Shown here piece by piece: positions 1 to 14,700 of a stretch of 64,000 bases of DNA. Positions within the stretch are counted from its first letter, which is position 1, and each line of letters begins with the position of its first letter. Source of the DNA: Veleropilina oligotropha (Eukaryota); contig JBEUKZ010000011.1 of the NCBI GenBank assembly GCA_048128005.1, forward strand, positions 62,001 to 126,000. The letters are read 5' to 3'. Under the pieces are notes generated by a model. The model saw only the letters and a program-made list of their open reading frames with translations. It was not told where the DNA came from and ran no database searches. The translations under genes were made by a program, and so were the position numbers.

Positions 1-1105
1 TCACTAGAAATCATTGCACCACATGGCATAATGTACCCAATTTCAAAATGAAGAAATGGGATATAAAATCGTCTTGTAGAGATTTTCACTGTAGGACAGA
101 TAGGATGCTACATTAACACATACGGAAAATAACATTTTATTGCCTTCATCGTTACTTTATAAACAGACCATAATGAAATTGATACCATAGTTATTCCCCA
201 AGAAAAAATCTGACGAGTCCATAAAATGCAGCAAAATCAAACAGCAATGCTGCTGGTTTACTGCATCATTGCAAATTACGAAAAATTTAAATCAAACAAA
301 TTGGCATCATCAGTGTAGAGATTTTCATTGTAGGACAGATCGGATGCTACATTATACCAAGTCAACAACACTGAACACGATCTCGTGAGATGTGATGTAG
401 TGGTCGTGAGATTCAGTGATCGAATGGTTTTGATTCGGACTTGACACGCTTTTTTACGCTGCGTGTCAATTTTAAAAATATATACCTTATTTCAACTATT
501 TTATACTTTTATATACGATTCATTTCATGAATACCAAGGCGTTTTGCTTGAATAATTTGATATGCGTACGACAAATGATTCCTGCCATGTAGCTGGATTG
601 AATATCGACTCGAGAAAGTGGGTTATGGAGGCAATATGGCCGATTTCACGGATCTTCTTTGGTCATCAAAGTCGTCTGTCATGGATAGTGGCGCTAATCA
701 TGTATATGGGCCTCGTCTGTCTTCGAGCATCAAGATTAACCAACACCAACGGGTTTTGAGTTGCGAAACCCCGCAGGGGATTATTCAAATGGAAACAAAT
801 TTAGATGCTTTGAAATTTACTATATCCGATTAAGAATTCGAGTTGTTGATTCGATGGTCGAATGTAACGAAATATCAATTCAATATTGATAGACACGATA
901 CCCACTGGCGTTTTCACTTACGTATTCTCACTTTGAGCGGTCTACTGGATCGTCAACAGTTTGGTTCAAACGATGCAAGTCGACCATGGGAGATGGGCGT
1001 GGATGTTTCGTGCCACTATATTATTCCAAAATTATTTTAATGTTTCATTATCATAACAGTAAGTATGTATTAAATATACTACATGCTGATGGTTGTTCAT
1101 ATATG

Positions 1106-2733
1106 AACAAGAAGACAAAGCCATCAATATCCCCCGCAATGGGACATTCACAACAAGAAGACAAAGCCATCAATATCCCCCGCAATGGTACATTCACAAC
1201 AAGAAGACAAAGCCATCAATATCCCCCGCAATGGTACATTCACAACAAGAAGACAAAGCCATCAATATCCCTGCAATGGTACATTCACAATAATTACTAT
1301 ATGCTGTATGTTCTTGAAACAATATCGTTGATTTAAATAATAACAAGGGCAATAACTCTGTCATTTAATCATGACGCCACGTTACAATAATGAAAAGGCA
1401 CCAGTTAACCAACTACTAAATACACCCACCAAGTTTCGTAATAACAAGTCAAGCACTGTATGAGATATAGACGGGAATAACAAAATTAAAGCAAGGGCAA
1501 TAACTCTGTGAATATTTGACGTACAATGTCGAAATTAATGAAAGGCACAAGTTCAACAACTGCTTAATACACCCACCAAATTGCGTAAATTTATGCCAAC
1601 AACTGCTTAATACACCCACCAAATTGCGTAAAGTTATGCCAAACGGTTTATGAGATATGCTTCGGAAAGGAGAACAGTAACAAATTAACAACAAGGGCAA
1701 TAACTCTGTTTATGTTCACCACACAACGTCGAAACTAGCAAAAGGCACCGGTTCACCGACTACTGAATACATCCAGCATGTTTTGTAATAATAATAATAA
1801 TAATGTGGATACTTATATTGCGCTTTTTCCATGCACGAATGCTTGCTCAAAGCGCTACATTATTATGCCCTGGTTAACGGCCTGTTCTGTTCGAGATTCT
1901 ATCTCAACTCTCTATGCCATCTCAACTCCCTCTGGGAGCATTACAGTCATTTACACGCGGGTAGCGCCATGACTTACATACTGACAATTCCCTCACTGCC
2001 AACCAGGTACCCATTCAGATCTCAGATCGGCTGGGTGAACCGAGGCAATATATGCTTTAATTCCTTGCCCAAGGGAAGTCGCCGGGATCGGGGTTGAACC
2101 CCAAACCTCTCGAGTGAGAGGCCAGTGCATCTACCACTGTACCACGGCTGTAAAGTTATGTCAAGCGGTGTATGAGCTAGGCTCAGGAAAAGAAAACATT
2201 AACGAATTTCAAACAAGGGAAATAACTGTTAATAATAGCGACACGACGTCGAAACTAGCAAAAGGCACCAGTTCACCGACTACTTAATATATCCAGCAAG
2301 TTTCGTAAGTTATGTCGAGCGGTGTATGAGCTATGCTCCGGTAAAGAGAAATGTAACAAATTTAGAACAAGGGAAATAACTCTGTTAATGATCGCCCCAC
2401 AACGTCGAAACTAGCAAAAGGCACCAGTTCACCATCTACTGAATACATCCAGAAAGTTTTGTAAAGTTATGTCAAGCGGTGTATAAGCTACGCTCCGGAA
2501 AAGATAACATTAACGAATTTAGAACACTGGAAATAACTCTGTTAATAATAGCGATATTATTAACGACACTACGCCGAATCTAACAAAAGGCACCAGTTCA
2601 CAGAGTCCATAATACACCCAGGAAGTTTCGAAAAGTTATGTCGAGTGGTGTATGAGATATGCTCCGGAAAAGATACTTTGCACAGACGTACGGTCTGCAT
2701 TTTAATATCCACGCAAAAATGTTGCAGGGGGAT
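1106..2733. mobile_element. HINE-like (non-autonomous Helentron-type) element nested in DIRS copy A
   Basis: Starts aacaag in an A-run and is absent from copy B near 26518. Head unit is 46 bp x4, followed by diverged internal tandem repeats (aaaggcaccagttcacc...). Terminal hairpin atatccacgc...gcagggggata then AAAA. Confidence 0.75.
1787..2148 (-). mobile_element. tRNA-derived SINE
   Basis: Minus strand: A box tggtacagtgg, B box ggttcaaccc, central cccttgggcaag...cacccag...aatgggtacc segment, LINE-like tail agcgctttgag...gaaaaagcgcaatataa, then (TTA)n. tgtaa repeated at both junctions. Interrupts one HINE tandem unit. Confidence 0.85.
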
Positions 2734-5700
2734 AAAAATAAAAGTGGAATATTAAATGTTGCAGGGGGATACAAATAAGTGGAATATTAAGAAGTTTGTT
2801 TGGCTATGAGCTATTCCTATACATATGAGATCGGGTTGACGCGCCTTAGTAAGTAGCAGCCTCTAACGTTGTTGGAGTAGGAATATGACTTGATGCTACT
2901 CAGCCTCATCAAACATAAGTTACTTTTATACCGCCTCACATGAAGTTGTAAGCGGATTGACACATTTCATATCAACGAGAGTGTCTTTTCTGAACGTCGT
3001 CTGTCGTTGACAGCGATACATATTATACAGGCACTGTCACCCAAACTATTAACCAGTCTCTTTGGAATTGTCATGCCCCGCAGGGGATTATTGGAAATTT
3101 TAATATTAAAGATATTATAGAGATATTTGAAGTACAATTGGCATTCTTTGGTCCATAGGAGGCTAATCTGTTTAGATTATTAAATATAAACATCTTTTTC
3201 TATGTAGATTGTCATCTTTTTAAATGGACACTTTGGGAGCATTTATTCAAACAATGAAACAGAATTTTTGCTTTGCATCTTGTAGATGTATAGATGTTAC
3301 AGCTTACTCATAGCTTGATTGGCAAGATGTGCCTGGCAGAGGAAGCGAAATAACAACTACAACGTCAGGGCCCGGGGTTAGAATCCCTTAACAGGAATAG
3401 AAATATTTTAAATGTGTATTACGCTCGCAATATTTTATATTTGCGGTTCATTTTAATTTAGAGTTTCTATGCCATGTCAATTGAATTCATTTGTTGTTCA
3501 AATGGAGTACTGGTGCTAATTACTGAACTCTGAATTAAGACATGTTTCGTCAATTGATTTATATTGATTACTATGGAAATGTCAACAGAACGACGTGATA
3601 TTTTTATTTAATTCTAATGTTATCAGAGAAAGCTCGTTAACTGCTGAAGAATGTGGGAAATTGACATATATATATGTTATTTTTACACTATTTCTCTCTG
3701 GTTGTAGAGAAATGAATTGCAGCAAGTCCTGCTCTGCGACATGCTCTATTGCCTTGTAAAATATTATCAGCTAAGAAAACATTCCGTGTTGTAAGCACGG
3801 TAATTGATAAAAATTGTTTTATCGAACTCTACTGTTTGTGGCAGTGGAAAGTTGGAAACAGACTGAAAAATGTGTCTTTTGCTTTAGTATTATACATATA
3901 CTAACTCGTGTAATACTTTAAGTTATACTTCCTACAGTGAACATTGTTTTGCAAATTAACAGACAGTTCTAATGTTAGTTACGACCAAACTGCTGGTCAT
4001 TATTCATACAAGCATGTTGTAGTCCTTCTCGTGGTCTAGTGGCAGAGTGTCACAATAGACTAGTGGATTTTACATAACAACCTGGAGATCAAGGATCGAA
4101 TCACATATAGGGATACACAAACAGGGGTCAATAGCTTCACATTTATTATTTAGAGCTCAATGCAACGTTGCTGCAGTATTAGTTTTATAATGCCAATTGT
4201 TTGTTCCTATCTTGCCAAATGTTATGGTTTGTTTCAATTTTAAAATGCAATATATGGTAGGCGTTGCAATATATAAACAAAATGGGTCGACAATTATAGA
4301 ATTTTACCCACTGACATAAATATTTGATTATGACCGTCATCTAAACATCAATATTTGATTATGTACTACTGACCGTCACCTTGTGACGTTTGATCATTGC
4401 TGTAATTTGGCTGCTGTTCAAAATCTGAATGCTGATGCACAATTTTGGAAACTAAATAATGTTCTTGAATGGAACTTTATTGAGACAACTTAAGAAATGG
4501 CATAGTTGTTTCTTCATACAATGTCATTGATGTGCTCGTTTTCACGCTTTAAATTTTAGTTTCTTATAGGCATGTCCCATCTTCAGAGTTTCAGATCCAA
4601 TAGCTCTTGCAGTGGATGTTTCTGCTTGGATGGGGTTTTACAATACTAATTTTAAATGTATATTTCACTTTTCAGTCTATTAGGACAGTACCCAACAACG
4701 CTACAAGTAACTTTATCGTATGGCCTTTAGCATCCTACACTAGCTATCCTGGAGTTCTTGCCGCGGAATATTCGAAAGATGAAGCTATCAGGTTTCAGAA
4801 AATTTGTACAATTTATTACTTGCTTGCATGTTACAAATCTCTAGATAACAGCTACACCAGAACATATAGTTCCGGCCATACACAGGTGCCATTTCCAAAT
4901 AAACCAGAATGTTTTGAAATGATTATATATATTATAATCGCTAAAACTATTTAAACAATAAATTATTTATCTTGTGAAACAAGGAAATTTTGCACGGATT
5001 GCCAGAAACACAACTGTATATGACCTTTTGGGAAAAGATTTTCTCTATTATTCCGTTCCGCATCTATCGACTGGTTGACAACAGATGGAGCTTCACATGT
5101 TTATAACAACAGTCCTGGATGAAAATTTAAAGAATCTGAAGGTTTGTTAATATCCTGAATTTGGACATCCCTGTGGCCAAAGACCAATTTTGTATACTGT
5201 ATATATATTAATCCATGTTTAACAAATGCATATTTTACTTCTAGTTTATCATAAATTAATGAATATTTGATGGTAACCTTCCCCTTCAGAGTGCTCATTC
5301 ATGGAACATGGTTCAGATATGAAGAAAATGTTTAGATACATCAATCGTGCTGGTAGGTTACAGAAGTACATGACATTCTACAGAAATGGTAAGATAAATG
5401 TGACCTAATTTTGTTAACAGAAACTGTTGCCCAATGTTATTTGTGTGTGAATATAATATACTGGGAATCCCCATAATCTGCGAGAGCATTAACAGTGTCA
5501 GAAGACATCAAATTTAATGATCGATCGTTTCACAATATGTGGATGTAATATTTAGTTGCCAGGGTTTTCTTCAGTGAAAGAGATTATTGGATGACACTAT
5601 CACGGCTTCTTGGTGACACTCCATGAATCATCAACATTGCACGAATCTCAAGATATTGCTGCTATGTTGTGATACAAAACAAGAATAACCTGATGTTATC

Positions 5701-8156
5701 AACAGTGAAATTGCTATGGAAATTTCTTCATGGGATACCAGGTATGTTTGTCACTCTTACAGTTTTCTTGCACACAGTACTATTGGTAACATCTGTTGTT
5801 ACAGAATTTCGTGATGGGAGGTGTTTATCAGATAACACTATCTAGAACTCTTCCAGTCTTCATTGCTATAAGGCTGATCTTATTTGTTTAAAATTTTCAA
5901 CTTTTTACATATTGTGTCTTTTGAGTGATTTTACTGAGAAAAATTTCTGAACTTATTACTCATTAATAACCGGTAAACCACCATAACGGTTAAACCGTGT
6001 ATTTATGACGCATTCTTTGCTATCTTTATGTAACCGCTCTATTTGCTCATACAGCACCACTTACAATCAAGTGTGTCCTTTTCTGCATATGACGGGGTTC
6101 AGTTAAATATGCAGTTGTTAATTCTTTATATTATTTTCAGTGCACAAATGCTTGTCGAGCGCACTGTGATTTGATACATATGCCATTACATGTGATTATG
6201 CTAATATATGCGCAGACACGCCACTGGCAGGCACTTCCGAGCTGCCAGAAACTGTGCAGCTCTAAACATTGGTAGTCGAGCTAAGCTGGAAAAGACGACA
6301 ACAGGTATAGATCTATATAGATGTTTTACTGTACTTTCCACACCTGCAATAACTGCTGGTACTAAACAAGCAACTGTGCCAATGCTGCTTTTTTGCAGTC
6401 GGTTGGATACTAAAATTTCTAAGATTTTGGAACACTCTTTTCAATAGGTTCTGTATTGAAGCTAGCGATATTACTTTAATATAGTAATGTTTTTCTGGGT
6501 AAACTATGACATGGGTATTTGGTTATCTTTAATGATATTAAAGATTATACCATTGTCATCTTTCTTTGGATGATTTTCCCATGTTGTACACATTGTCTCC
6601 TAAATCTCACGAGATCTCGTTCAATGTTGTTGACATGGTATAATTGGAAATTAATCGAGTAACATGAAGTTTGATTAAGATTATACCACGTCAACCTAAA
6701 ACAGAGATCAAGTGATTGGTGGTGATTGCAATGTGTACATCATGTTTGCTCTGAAGTTTGAATCTCATGACCACTACATCACATCTCATTTGATCTCTCA
6801 GTGTTAGGTTGACATGGTATAATCTTAATCAAACTTCATGTTACTCGTTTAATTACCAATTAACACATACGGAAAATAACATTTTATTGCCTTCATCGTT
6901 ACTTTATAAACAGACCATAATGAAATTGATATCATAGTTATTCCCCAAGAACAAATCTGATGAGTCCATAAAATGCAGCAAAATCAAACAGCAATGCTGC
7001 TGGTTTACTGCATCATTGCAAATTACGAAGTACAGTATTTAAATACAACAAATTGGCATAATCTTTATGAGCAAATGAAACAGTAATAATATACCAAGAC
7101 ATGTAAAATAACTTAGCATCTCTGAGACAACATTAGTACCTCAAATGGTTATGCAAGACCAAATGTAAATTTTTTAATGATTTAAATTAATCACACAAAC
7201 AATATCAACCGTTTTGAATACTCTACACACTTAGAACACTTCACACGAAGAAGTTATCCATTAAAAAATTATTCTGAAAAATGTTATTATTCAGAGAATA
7301 TATTAATAAAATTAATTAATTCACCCCTCCCTCTTACGGCATAAAATATTACAGGTGCGAATCAAAAGAATAAATTCAAAATATGAAGACGTCCTTCTCT
7401 TAATTTTTGCTGTTCATCTTTGATCATTCTTTCAGTTTTGCTGTCCTAAAATAAACTTTCAAGGTTCTTCATAGTTGGAACTCACAACCCACTGTCAGCC
7501 TTGCACAAACAACTTGATCAACACAACACAAACCCTTATTGTGGGCAACCGTTTTATTCTGACAAAGTACATCTCATGAAAGTCTAAAGGTCACACATCA
7601 ACTAAAAGAGTTCACTAGTTAGATTAATATCATAATCAACACGGAAAATAGCACATGCTGTTAAGGAGCAGTTACCATTAATTTCTACACAACAATTTTC
7701 TTCAGGCTTAAAATCATCTGATAAGTAAATATACAAAATATTGTAATATACCCAACATGAATGATATCATGTAGTCCCCTCAGTCGTGATTTTTATCTCA
7801 AACCTTAAACTGGTAGCAATACCATCATCAGTCCCAAATGTTGAAGAAAAATGAAGCTTGGTTGCTTTAATAATCCATTATAAAATGAAGCTTGGTCGCT
7901 TTAATAATCCATTATAAAATGGGCACACAATACACATGAAGTCGGTGAACATTATTGCTCAAAACGCAAATACCAATGTCTTGCTACTATCTTAGAAGGT
8001 CAAAGGTCAAGTACTGGGCGCAAAAAGAGGTGGAACAAATAAAGAACTTCTTTGATTGAAGTCACAACAGCTACAGGGCAATGTCTTAAGAAATTCAAAT
8101 ATGCATTACACGCTTTCTTCCCATATTCCTGAATGAAATGATGTTGTTATTTTAAA

Positions 8157-9392
8157 AAGAATACCCCTACTATACAAGAAGAATACCCCTACTATACAAG
8201 AAGAATACCCCTACTATACAAGAAGAATACCCCTACTATACCAATAAAAGAATACCCCTACGATACAAGAATACCCCTACTATACAAGAAGAATACCCCT
8301 ACTATACAAGAAGAATACCCCTACTATACAAGAAGAATACCCCTACTATACATGAAGAATACCCCTACTATACATGAAGAATACCCCTACTATACAAGAA
8401 GAATACCCCTACTATACAAGAAGAGTACCCCTACTATACCAATACAAGAATACCCCTACTATGCAAGAAGAATACCCCTACTATGCAAGAAGAATACCCC
8501 TACTATACAAGAAGAATACCCCTACTATACAAGTAAAAGAATACCCCTACTATACAATAAGAATACCCCTACTATACAAGAAGAATACCCCTACTATACA
8601 AGAAGAATACCCCTACTATACAAGTAAAAGAATACCCCTACTATACAAGTAAAAGAATACCCCTACTATACAAGTAAAAGAATACCCCTACTATACAAGA
8701 AGAATACCCCTACTATACAAGAAGAATACCCCTACTATACAAGAAGAATACCCCTACTATACAAGAAGAATACCCCTACTATACAAGAAGAATACCCCTA
8801 CTATACAAGAAGAATACCCCTACTATACAAGAAGAGTACCCCTACTATACCAATAAAAGAATACCCCTACTATGCAAGAAGAATGCCCCTACTATACAAG
8901 AAGAATGCCCCTACTATACAAGAAGAATACCCCTACTATACAAGTAAAATAATACCCCTACTATACAAGAAGAATACCCCAACTATACAAGTAAAAGAAT
9001 ACCCCTACTATACAAGTAAAAGAATACCCCTACTATACAAGAAGAATACCCCTACTATACAAGAAGAATACCCCTACTATACAAGAAGACTACCCCTACT
9101 ATACAAGAAGAATACCCCTACTATACAAGAAGAATACCCCTACTATACAAGTAAAAGAATACCCCTACTATACAAGAAGAATACCCCTACTATACAAGTA
9201 AAAGAATACCCCTACTATACAAGAAGAATACCCCTACTATACCAATAAAAGAATACCCCTACTACACCAATAAAAGAATACCCCTACTATACAAGAAGAA
9301 TACCCCTACTATACCAATAAAAGAATACCCCTTCTATACCAATAAAAGAATACCCCTACTATACAAGAAGAATACCCCTACTATACCAATAA
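8157..9392. repeat. 22-bp minisatellite (with 25-bp variants)
   Basis: Unit aagaagaatacccctactatac, about 54 copies. Confidence 0.97.
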
Positions 9393-10361
9393 AATTGACT
9401 GTTGAACCATTGGGCAGATCTTTATGTCCAATATGAGTACATGTATGTGTATTTCTGTTGCTTTCAAATCTCCAACCTAAGTTACATATTACAGCCCATT
9501 TGGATTTATCGTTGCCAAAACTACTCTGTTTTTCAATACAAAATATTTCAAGGCATACAAAATATCCTCCTGAAAAGAGATGACCTTGACGGCAGTAACA
9601 TCATATTACAATAGGCATTCGCAAACATGCTAAAGGTCAATGCATATCATCATGAATCAGAAAACATGCATTTGAATAACCAAACAAAAAGTAAACTTCA
9701 ATCAAAGCCGTACATAAATCTGTCAACAATATACAAACCTCGCCCATCACTAAATGTCTGTGTTGATTGGGCCTCGATATTTGTGAGATCTGTTGTGCTA
9801 CTAGAAGGGGCAAGGGAGGTGGCTTCTGAAACACGTGGTCAACAAATGAGATAACCTTGGTCTCCATGCACTGCATAGTTTGAAGATTAAGTTTATAAAT
9901 AAAAAAGTAATTTGTTTCTGAAACAATATGTGACAGTGTTACACTTACAGGTAAATTCAATAAATCAGTTTATCAAAGATACCGTATATGTCACATCTAA
10001 GTCATTTTTATTCCTACAATATGAAGAGTTCAAAACTGACAGGGGAATCTTGAATTCTATAATAAAATCAGAATTTGAGTCACTGATAGAAAAATTGATG
10101 AAACACTTTATTTCCGATATGCAAAATCCAGGACGAATTGGCGATATGATGTTTAATGACCAAACCATTAATTTCTCCGATCAATTTTGAAATTTCAAAC
10201 AAGTGTTGCTGGGTGCAATAGAGACATTCTTATACAAATGTCTCGCAAATCAAACAATGAAATAAGACTGTAGTTTTACAGAATTTCAAATTCACAACAT
10301 AGTAGCATACATCTTGATTGCGATCGTTAACGGACAGCCGGACGATAAGAGTCACTTCTGA

Positions 10362-11326
10362 AAACCGCCCAGTCAACTTGAACTCTCGGTGCACGCATGA
10401 ACCGCCCAGTAAACTTGCACTCTCGGTGCACACATGAACCGCCCAGTAAACTTGAACTCTCGGTGCACACATGAACCGCCCAGTAAACTTGCACTCTCTG
10501 TGCACACATGAACCACCCAGTAAACTTGCACTCTCGGTGCACACATGAACCGCCCAGTAAACTTGAACTCTCGGTGCACACATGAACCGCCCAGTAAACT
10601 TGAACTCTCGGTGCACACATGAACCGCCCAGTAAACCTGCACTCTCGGTGCACACATGAACCGCCCAGTAAACTTGCACTCTCGGTGCACACATGAACCG
10701 CCCAGTAAACTTGAACTCTCGGTGCACACATGAACCGCCCAGTAAACTTGAACTCTCGGTGCACACATGAACCGCCCAGTAAACTTGAACTCTCGGTGCA
10801 CACATGAACCACCCAGTAAACTTGAACTCTCGGTGCACACATGAACCGCCCAGTAAACCTGCACTCTCGGTGCACACATGAACCGCCCAGTAAACTTGCA
10901 CTCTCGGTGCACACATGAACCACCCAGTAAACTTGAACTCTCGGTGCACACATGAACCGCCCAGTAAACCTGCACTCTCGGTGCACACATGAACCGCCCA
11001 GTAAACTTGCACTCTCGGTGCACACATGAACCGCCCAGTAAACTTGAACTCTCGGTGCACACATGAACCGCCCAGTAAACTTGAACTCTCGGTGCACACA
11101 TGAACCGCCCAGTAAACTTGAACTCTCGGTGCACACATGAACCGCCCAGTAAACTTGAACTCTCGGTGCACACATGAACCGCCCAGTAAACTTGCACTCT
11201 CGGTGCACACATGAACCGCCCATTAAACTTGAACTCTTGGTGCACACATGAACCGCCCAGTAAACTTGAACTCTTGGTGCACACATGAACCGCCCAGTAA
11301 ACTTGAACTCTTGGTGCACACATGAA
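10362..11326. repeat. 37-bp minisatellite
   Basis: Unit aaccgcccagtaaacttgaactctcggtgcacacatg, about 26 copies. Confidence 0.97.
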
Positions 11327-11404
11327 GAATTCGGTAAATATCTTCAAAATCACAAATGAACAGTACTACAACCAGCAGAATCATAAACAGTCTGGATGAT
11401 CCCA
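11223..11404 (-). CDS. Candidate terminal or membrane-anchor exon of the CAM gene
   Basis: Acceptor-like tttaattttacatcag, phase-1 compatible with exon i. Would encode (V)GSSRLFMILLVVVLFICDFEDIYRILHV..., a short hydrophobic run, then enter the 37-bp minisatellite and stop at 11223. No expression evidence. Confidence 0.3.
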
Positions 11405-11792
11405 CTGATGTAAAATTAAATATATGGTATGCTGTTGGTGGAAAATATCTCTACATTTTCAATTTAAAACATGATCTGTGACGTTCTTCTGACATAAAGC
11501 CAATGAAAACGACACGTAACCAGCATTAAATCATGTTTTATTAATCTTTATAAATAAGCTCCTTTTCGAGATTTTTCGAACTAAATTACGTATGGAGCTA
11601 TGAAATATTTTTTTGGCGTATGCGCTAATCGTCATCGTAATAATGTACACAAACTGTGACAGTGTCAATATATGGTGTGCGCTCCGCGTGATCTGATGAC
11701 GTTTGCAACACAACTACCCATGGACGTCACCAACCGTTGAATTCGCACCAGGGCGATATTTGCTACATTCCTCATTTCCTTGGGTTCATGTC

Positions 11793-14700
11793 CAGGGCTG
11801 GACAAATCTCAAAATTTTACACTAGCCCAAGGGCTAGTTGGATTCCAATTTTCACTAGCCCTGCTCTATTTTATACTAGCCCAACTTTTATGACACAAAA
11901 AACGATTCAAATGTGTATATTATACAGAACAATAGCAATATATTAAATCAGCAAAAACAATATACTTAAACCGATAGCAAAAATATTAAACACTAGTATT
12001 TAAAATCGTTGTAGTAATATGTGTCATATGGTTTTAAGTCGATTATCATTCAACAAGACAATATTGCCATTGGAAAATAACTATTAGCGCTGCAGTGAGG
12101 TAAATATATTAAACCAATGACGCATGATGATGTCCATGTACTATATGATGATATTCATAATTGCATTTCATGAGATTTTGATAATTTTAAGGAATTTCCA
12201 AGTAATTTCATCATTTCTTTTTAATTGTTGATTTATATTTATTTTCTGTATTGTATTTAAAATATATAGCAGAAAATTAAAAATTATGCACAAATGTTAA
12301 CTTTTGTTTGTTCACACAGTCATCAAACACATTCAAAAGAATAATATCTTGTTAGAATTTTATAAATGAATTCACATTTTATATCAGCATTGATTAGTTT
12401 GAAATAACTTGTTCAATGTTGCAAAATATAAAAAAAATATTAGTTTATGCACGTACACTATATAATAAATTCCCCATAATTGTACTAGTATTTCTTCAAA
12501 TACTAGTATGCCAGTAATCCTTGTTTTTACCTGCGTCTAGCAGGGTCAATGAATGGTACATGTAAGTTGTTGTTGTTGTTGTTGTTCTTGTTGTTGTTCT
12601 TCTTGGGGGGAAGACAATTTTGAAATGATTTCAACCAGATCTTCCACCTTTTAGGCGACTTCGACAAAAAGCCAATTTGAAAAAAGTGCATGACCACTTG
12701 ATGTATGAATTGAGAGATGCTGCCTAACAGAATAGCAAATTACCATGACAGCCTCTTTGATGAATAAATATTAAATCATACAGAAACGTGGTCTGTATTA
12801 TATGTATCACACATGTTTCACAGTAGTAAAAGAGGTATAACAGTTAAACATTTTAAGATTTTGCATACTTTATTAAATTATAATTAATCAACTTTATTAT
12901 AGTTAACTAAGTCTGTCAAAGGGGCGTCAAAGGGGCGTAACTCTTGAAAAACAATTTGTGAATTCTATGAAATCATACAGAAACATGGTCTGTATTATAT
13001 GTATCACACGTTTCACAGTATAAATTTTGCTTATGACGCAGGTTATTGCACACATTCTGTGCCAATAAAACACGCATTACTTAATATAGGTCAATTGTGA
13101 TGGGACCTGCATTCAGCAACCCAAGCTGGATTTAATCCCTTCATTCAGAAAGTAATTATACCAGAAACAGCCCAATACAATTCTTTTGTTAAAGATGCAG
13201 GATCTACTTCAGATCGCTAAAACGTATTTAAATGCTGTTCTATCTTACACTTTCTGCATTGATTTATTGCATATAGTTAGGACGTTTCAGCGATTACCAC
13301 ACACGGCAAAATTGTTTTTCACTTAGTAATAAAAGTTTGAAGTTTTTTTATTGAATTCGAGCCGATTGTACATGAGATTTGTACGGAAATGAACGACGGC
13401 TTGGCGGAATCAACACGTCACTTAGCTCCGCCCTAAAATCACTCCCGCAATCTATTTATACCGGGTCATTTCTAGGTCGTCCTTGTCTGAGTTTTGTTTA
13501 TATCGGTTTCCATGGTGGATGTCGACAAGAGAAATAGAGGCAAGCCGCCGTTATCGACTGTGACTGCTTCTGATTATAAAATGGATGTATGCAAAAAATT
13601 GAAATAATAAATAACGCGATCAATGAAAATTGGATGCGGCTACTTCAACTTGTAAACAAACAGTGAAGCACTTGAAACAGTGAATGCCCAATGCCATTAC
13701 AATGTCGCGGTGCGCAATAGGCCTAGTTAGTTGGTGAAATAAATATGGTTATTATGTTAGTATTGCTGCCATATACTACAATTATGAGAAACTAGCTATA
13801 TGTTTCAATGCAATACATCAATTTCAGCGAACCGCTAATAAACACTTTGCTCTGCACGTTGTCAATTCAAATCGACGTGATCACGTGACGTTTGACGCAA
13901 TAACGATAAATGAGATAAGATGGCTCGGAGGATTGACGCGCACGAATAAAATACCACGTCGGCTGAAGCGATTATTAAATGCTAGCAACACCTTTTGTTG
14001 CATTTTAACTTTTCCTGCGTCCTAAAAACATGTCATGTATGGATACCATATCGTATTTATGGTTTTCTTTAAATATGAAATATCATACTAATGTAGATTC
14101 AGCATCATTAAATTAGAAGTGCTTTTGTTTATATTACAAGCGACATTACCGCAAATGGTGCGATAATTTGAGGGACTATTTGAAATCTATCAATGAATGT
14201 GAAAGTAGTTCCGAAATTACTACACAAACGCACATGGAGTTTTTGCATGTCAAACGTTCGTCGAGTTCAACAAAGGAACACTGAGTGTTGTTTCTGGACT
14301 TTTAAGTCGATGAAAGTGGATTACCAAGGAAAGTAAAGACAAGGAGCTTGATGTATGTTAATAAATTAATATTTAGCATTTGAAAGTTTATAGGTTCATG
14401 TTTACCGACGATGTTCACATGGACTTTATTACTCCTATAACATATGAGACTGGGTTGACGTGCCTTCCCAACCCTAGCTCATATATCTCAAGCACCATTT
14501 ATGACGAACAGGTTCCCGACGAAATCCGTCGGGAACGGTTTTGGATCAAATTACTTATTAAAATACAGTGAAATAAACAGTAAATACATAAATTGTATAT
14601 GCATGAATATACACATACCAGTTAGTTTTTATTGATTTTGTTGTCATAATGTATGATAAAACAGCATTATTTGTCAATGTTTAACCGTCAAACTTTTTGA

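Larger units (their letters stand above)
351..6861 (+). mobile_element. Decayed DIRS-like element, copy A (no intact ORFs)
   Basis: Left end attataccaagtcaacaacactga...gagattca is inverted at about 6759-6823. ICR at about 6605-6698 is complementary to both ends. ATT at both termini. Faint RNase H-like remnant (HCCNLAAVQNLN near 4396-4431). Colinear with copy B. Confidence 0.8.
75..7059. repeat. ~235-bp local tandem duplication, second copy interrupted by DIRS copy A
   Basis: 75-307 recurs as 314-353 plus 6862-7059. Confidence 0.85.

Noticed and set aside
4025..4115. tRNA gene (also a similar stretch at about 28280-28345 on the minus strand)
   Set aside because: Only A-box and B-box-like motifs are present and no cloverleaf forms; more likely decayed SINE heads.
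8352..9248. Tyr/Pro-rich ORFs resembling adhesive or shell proteins
   Set aside because: The 22-bp unit is not a multiple of three, frames cycle, and stops are frequent.
10230..11353. Three ~330-aa minus-strand ORFs
   Set aside because: The same peptide cycles through all three frames, as expected for a stop-free 37-bp repeat.
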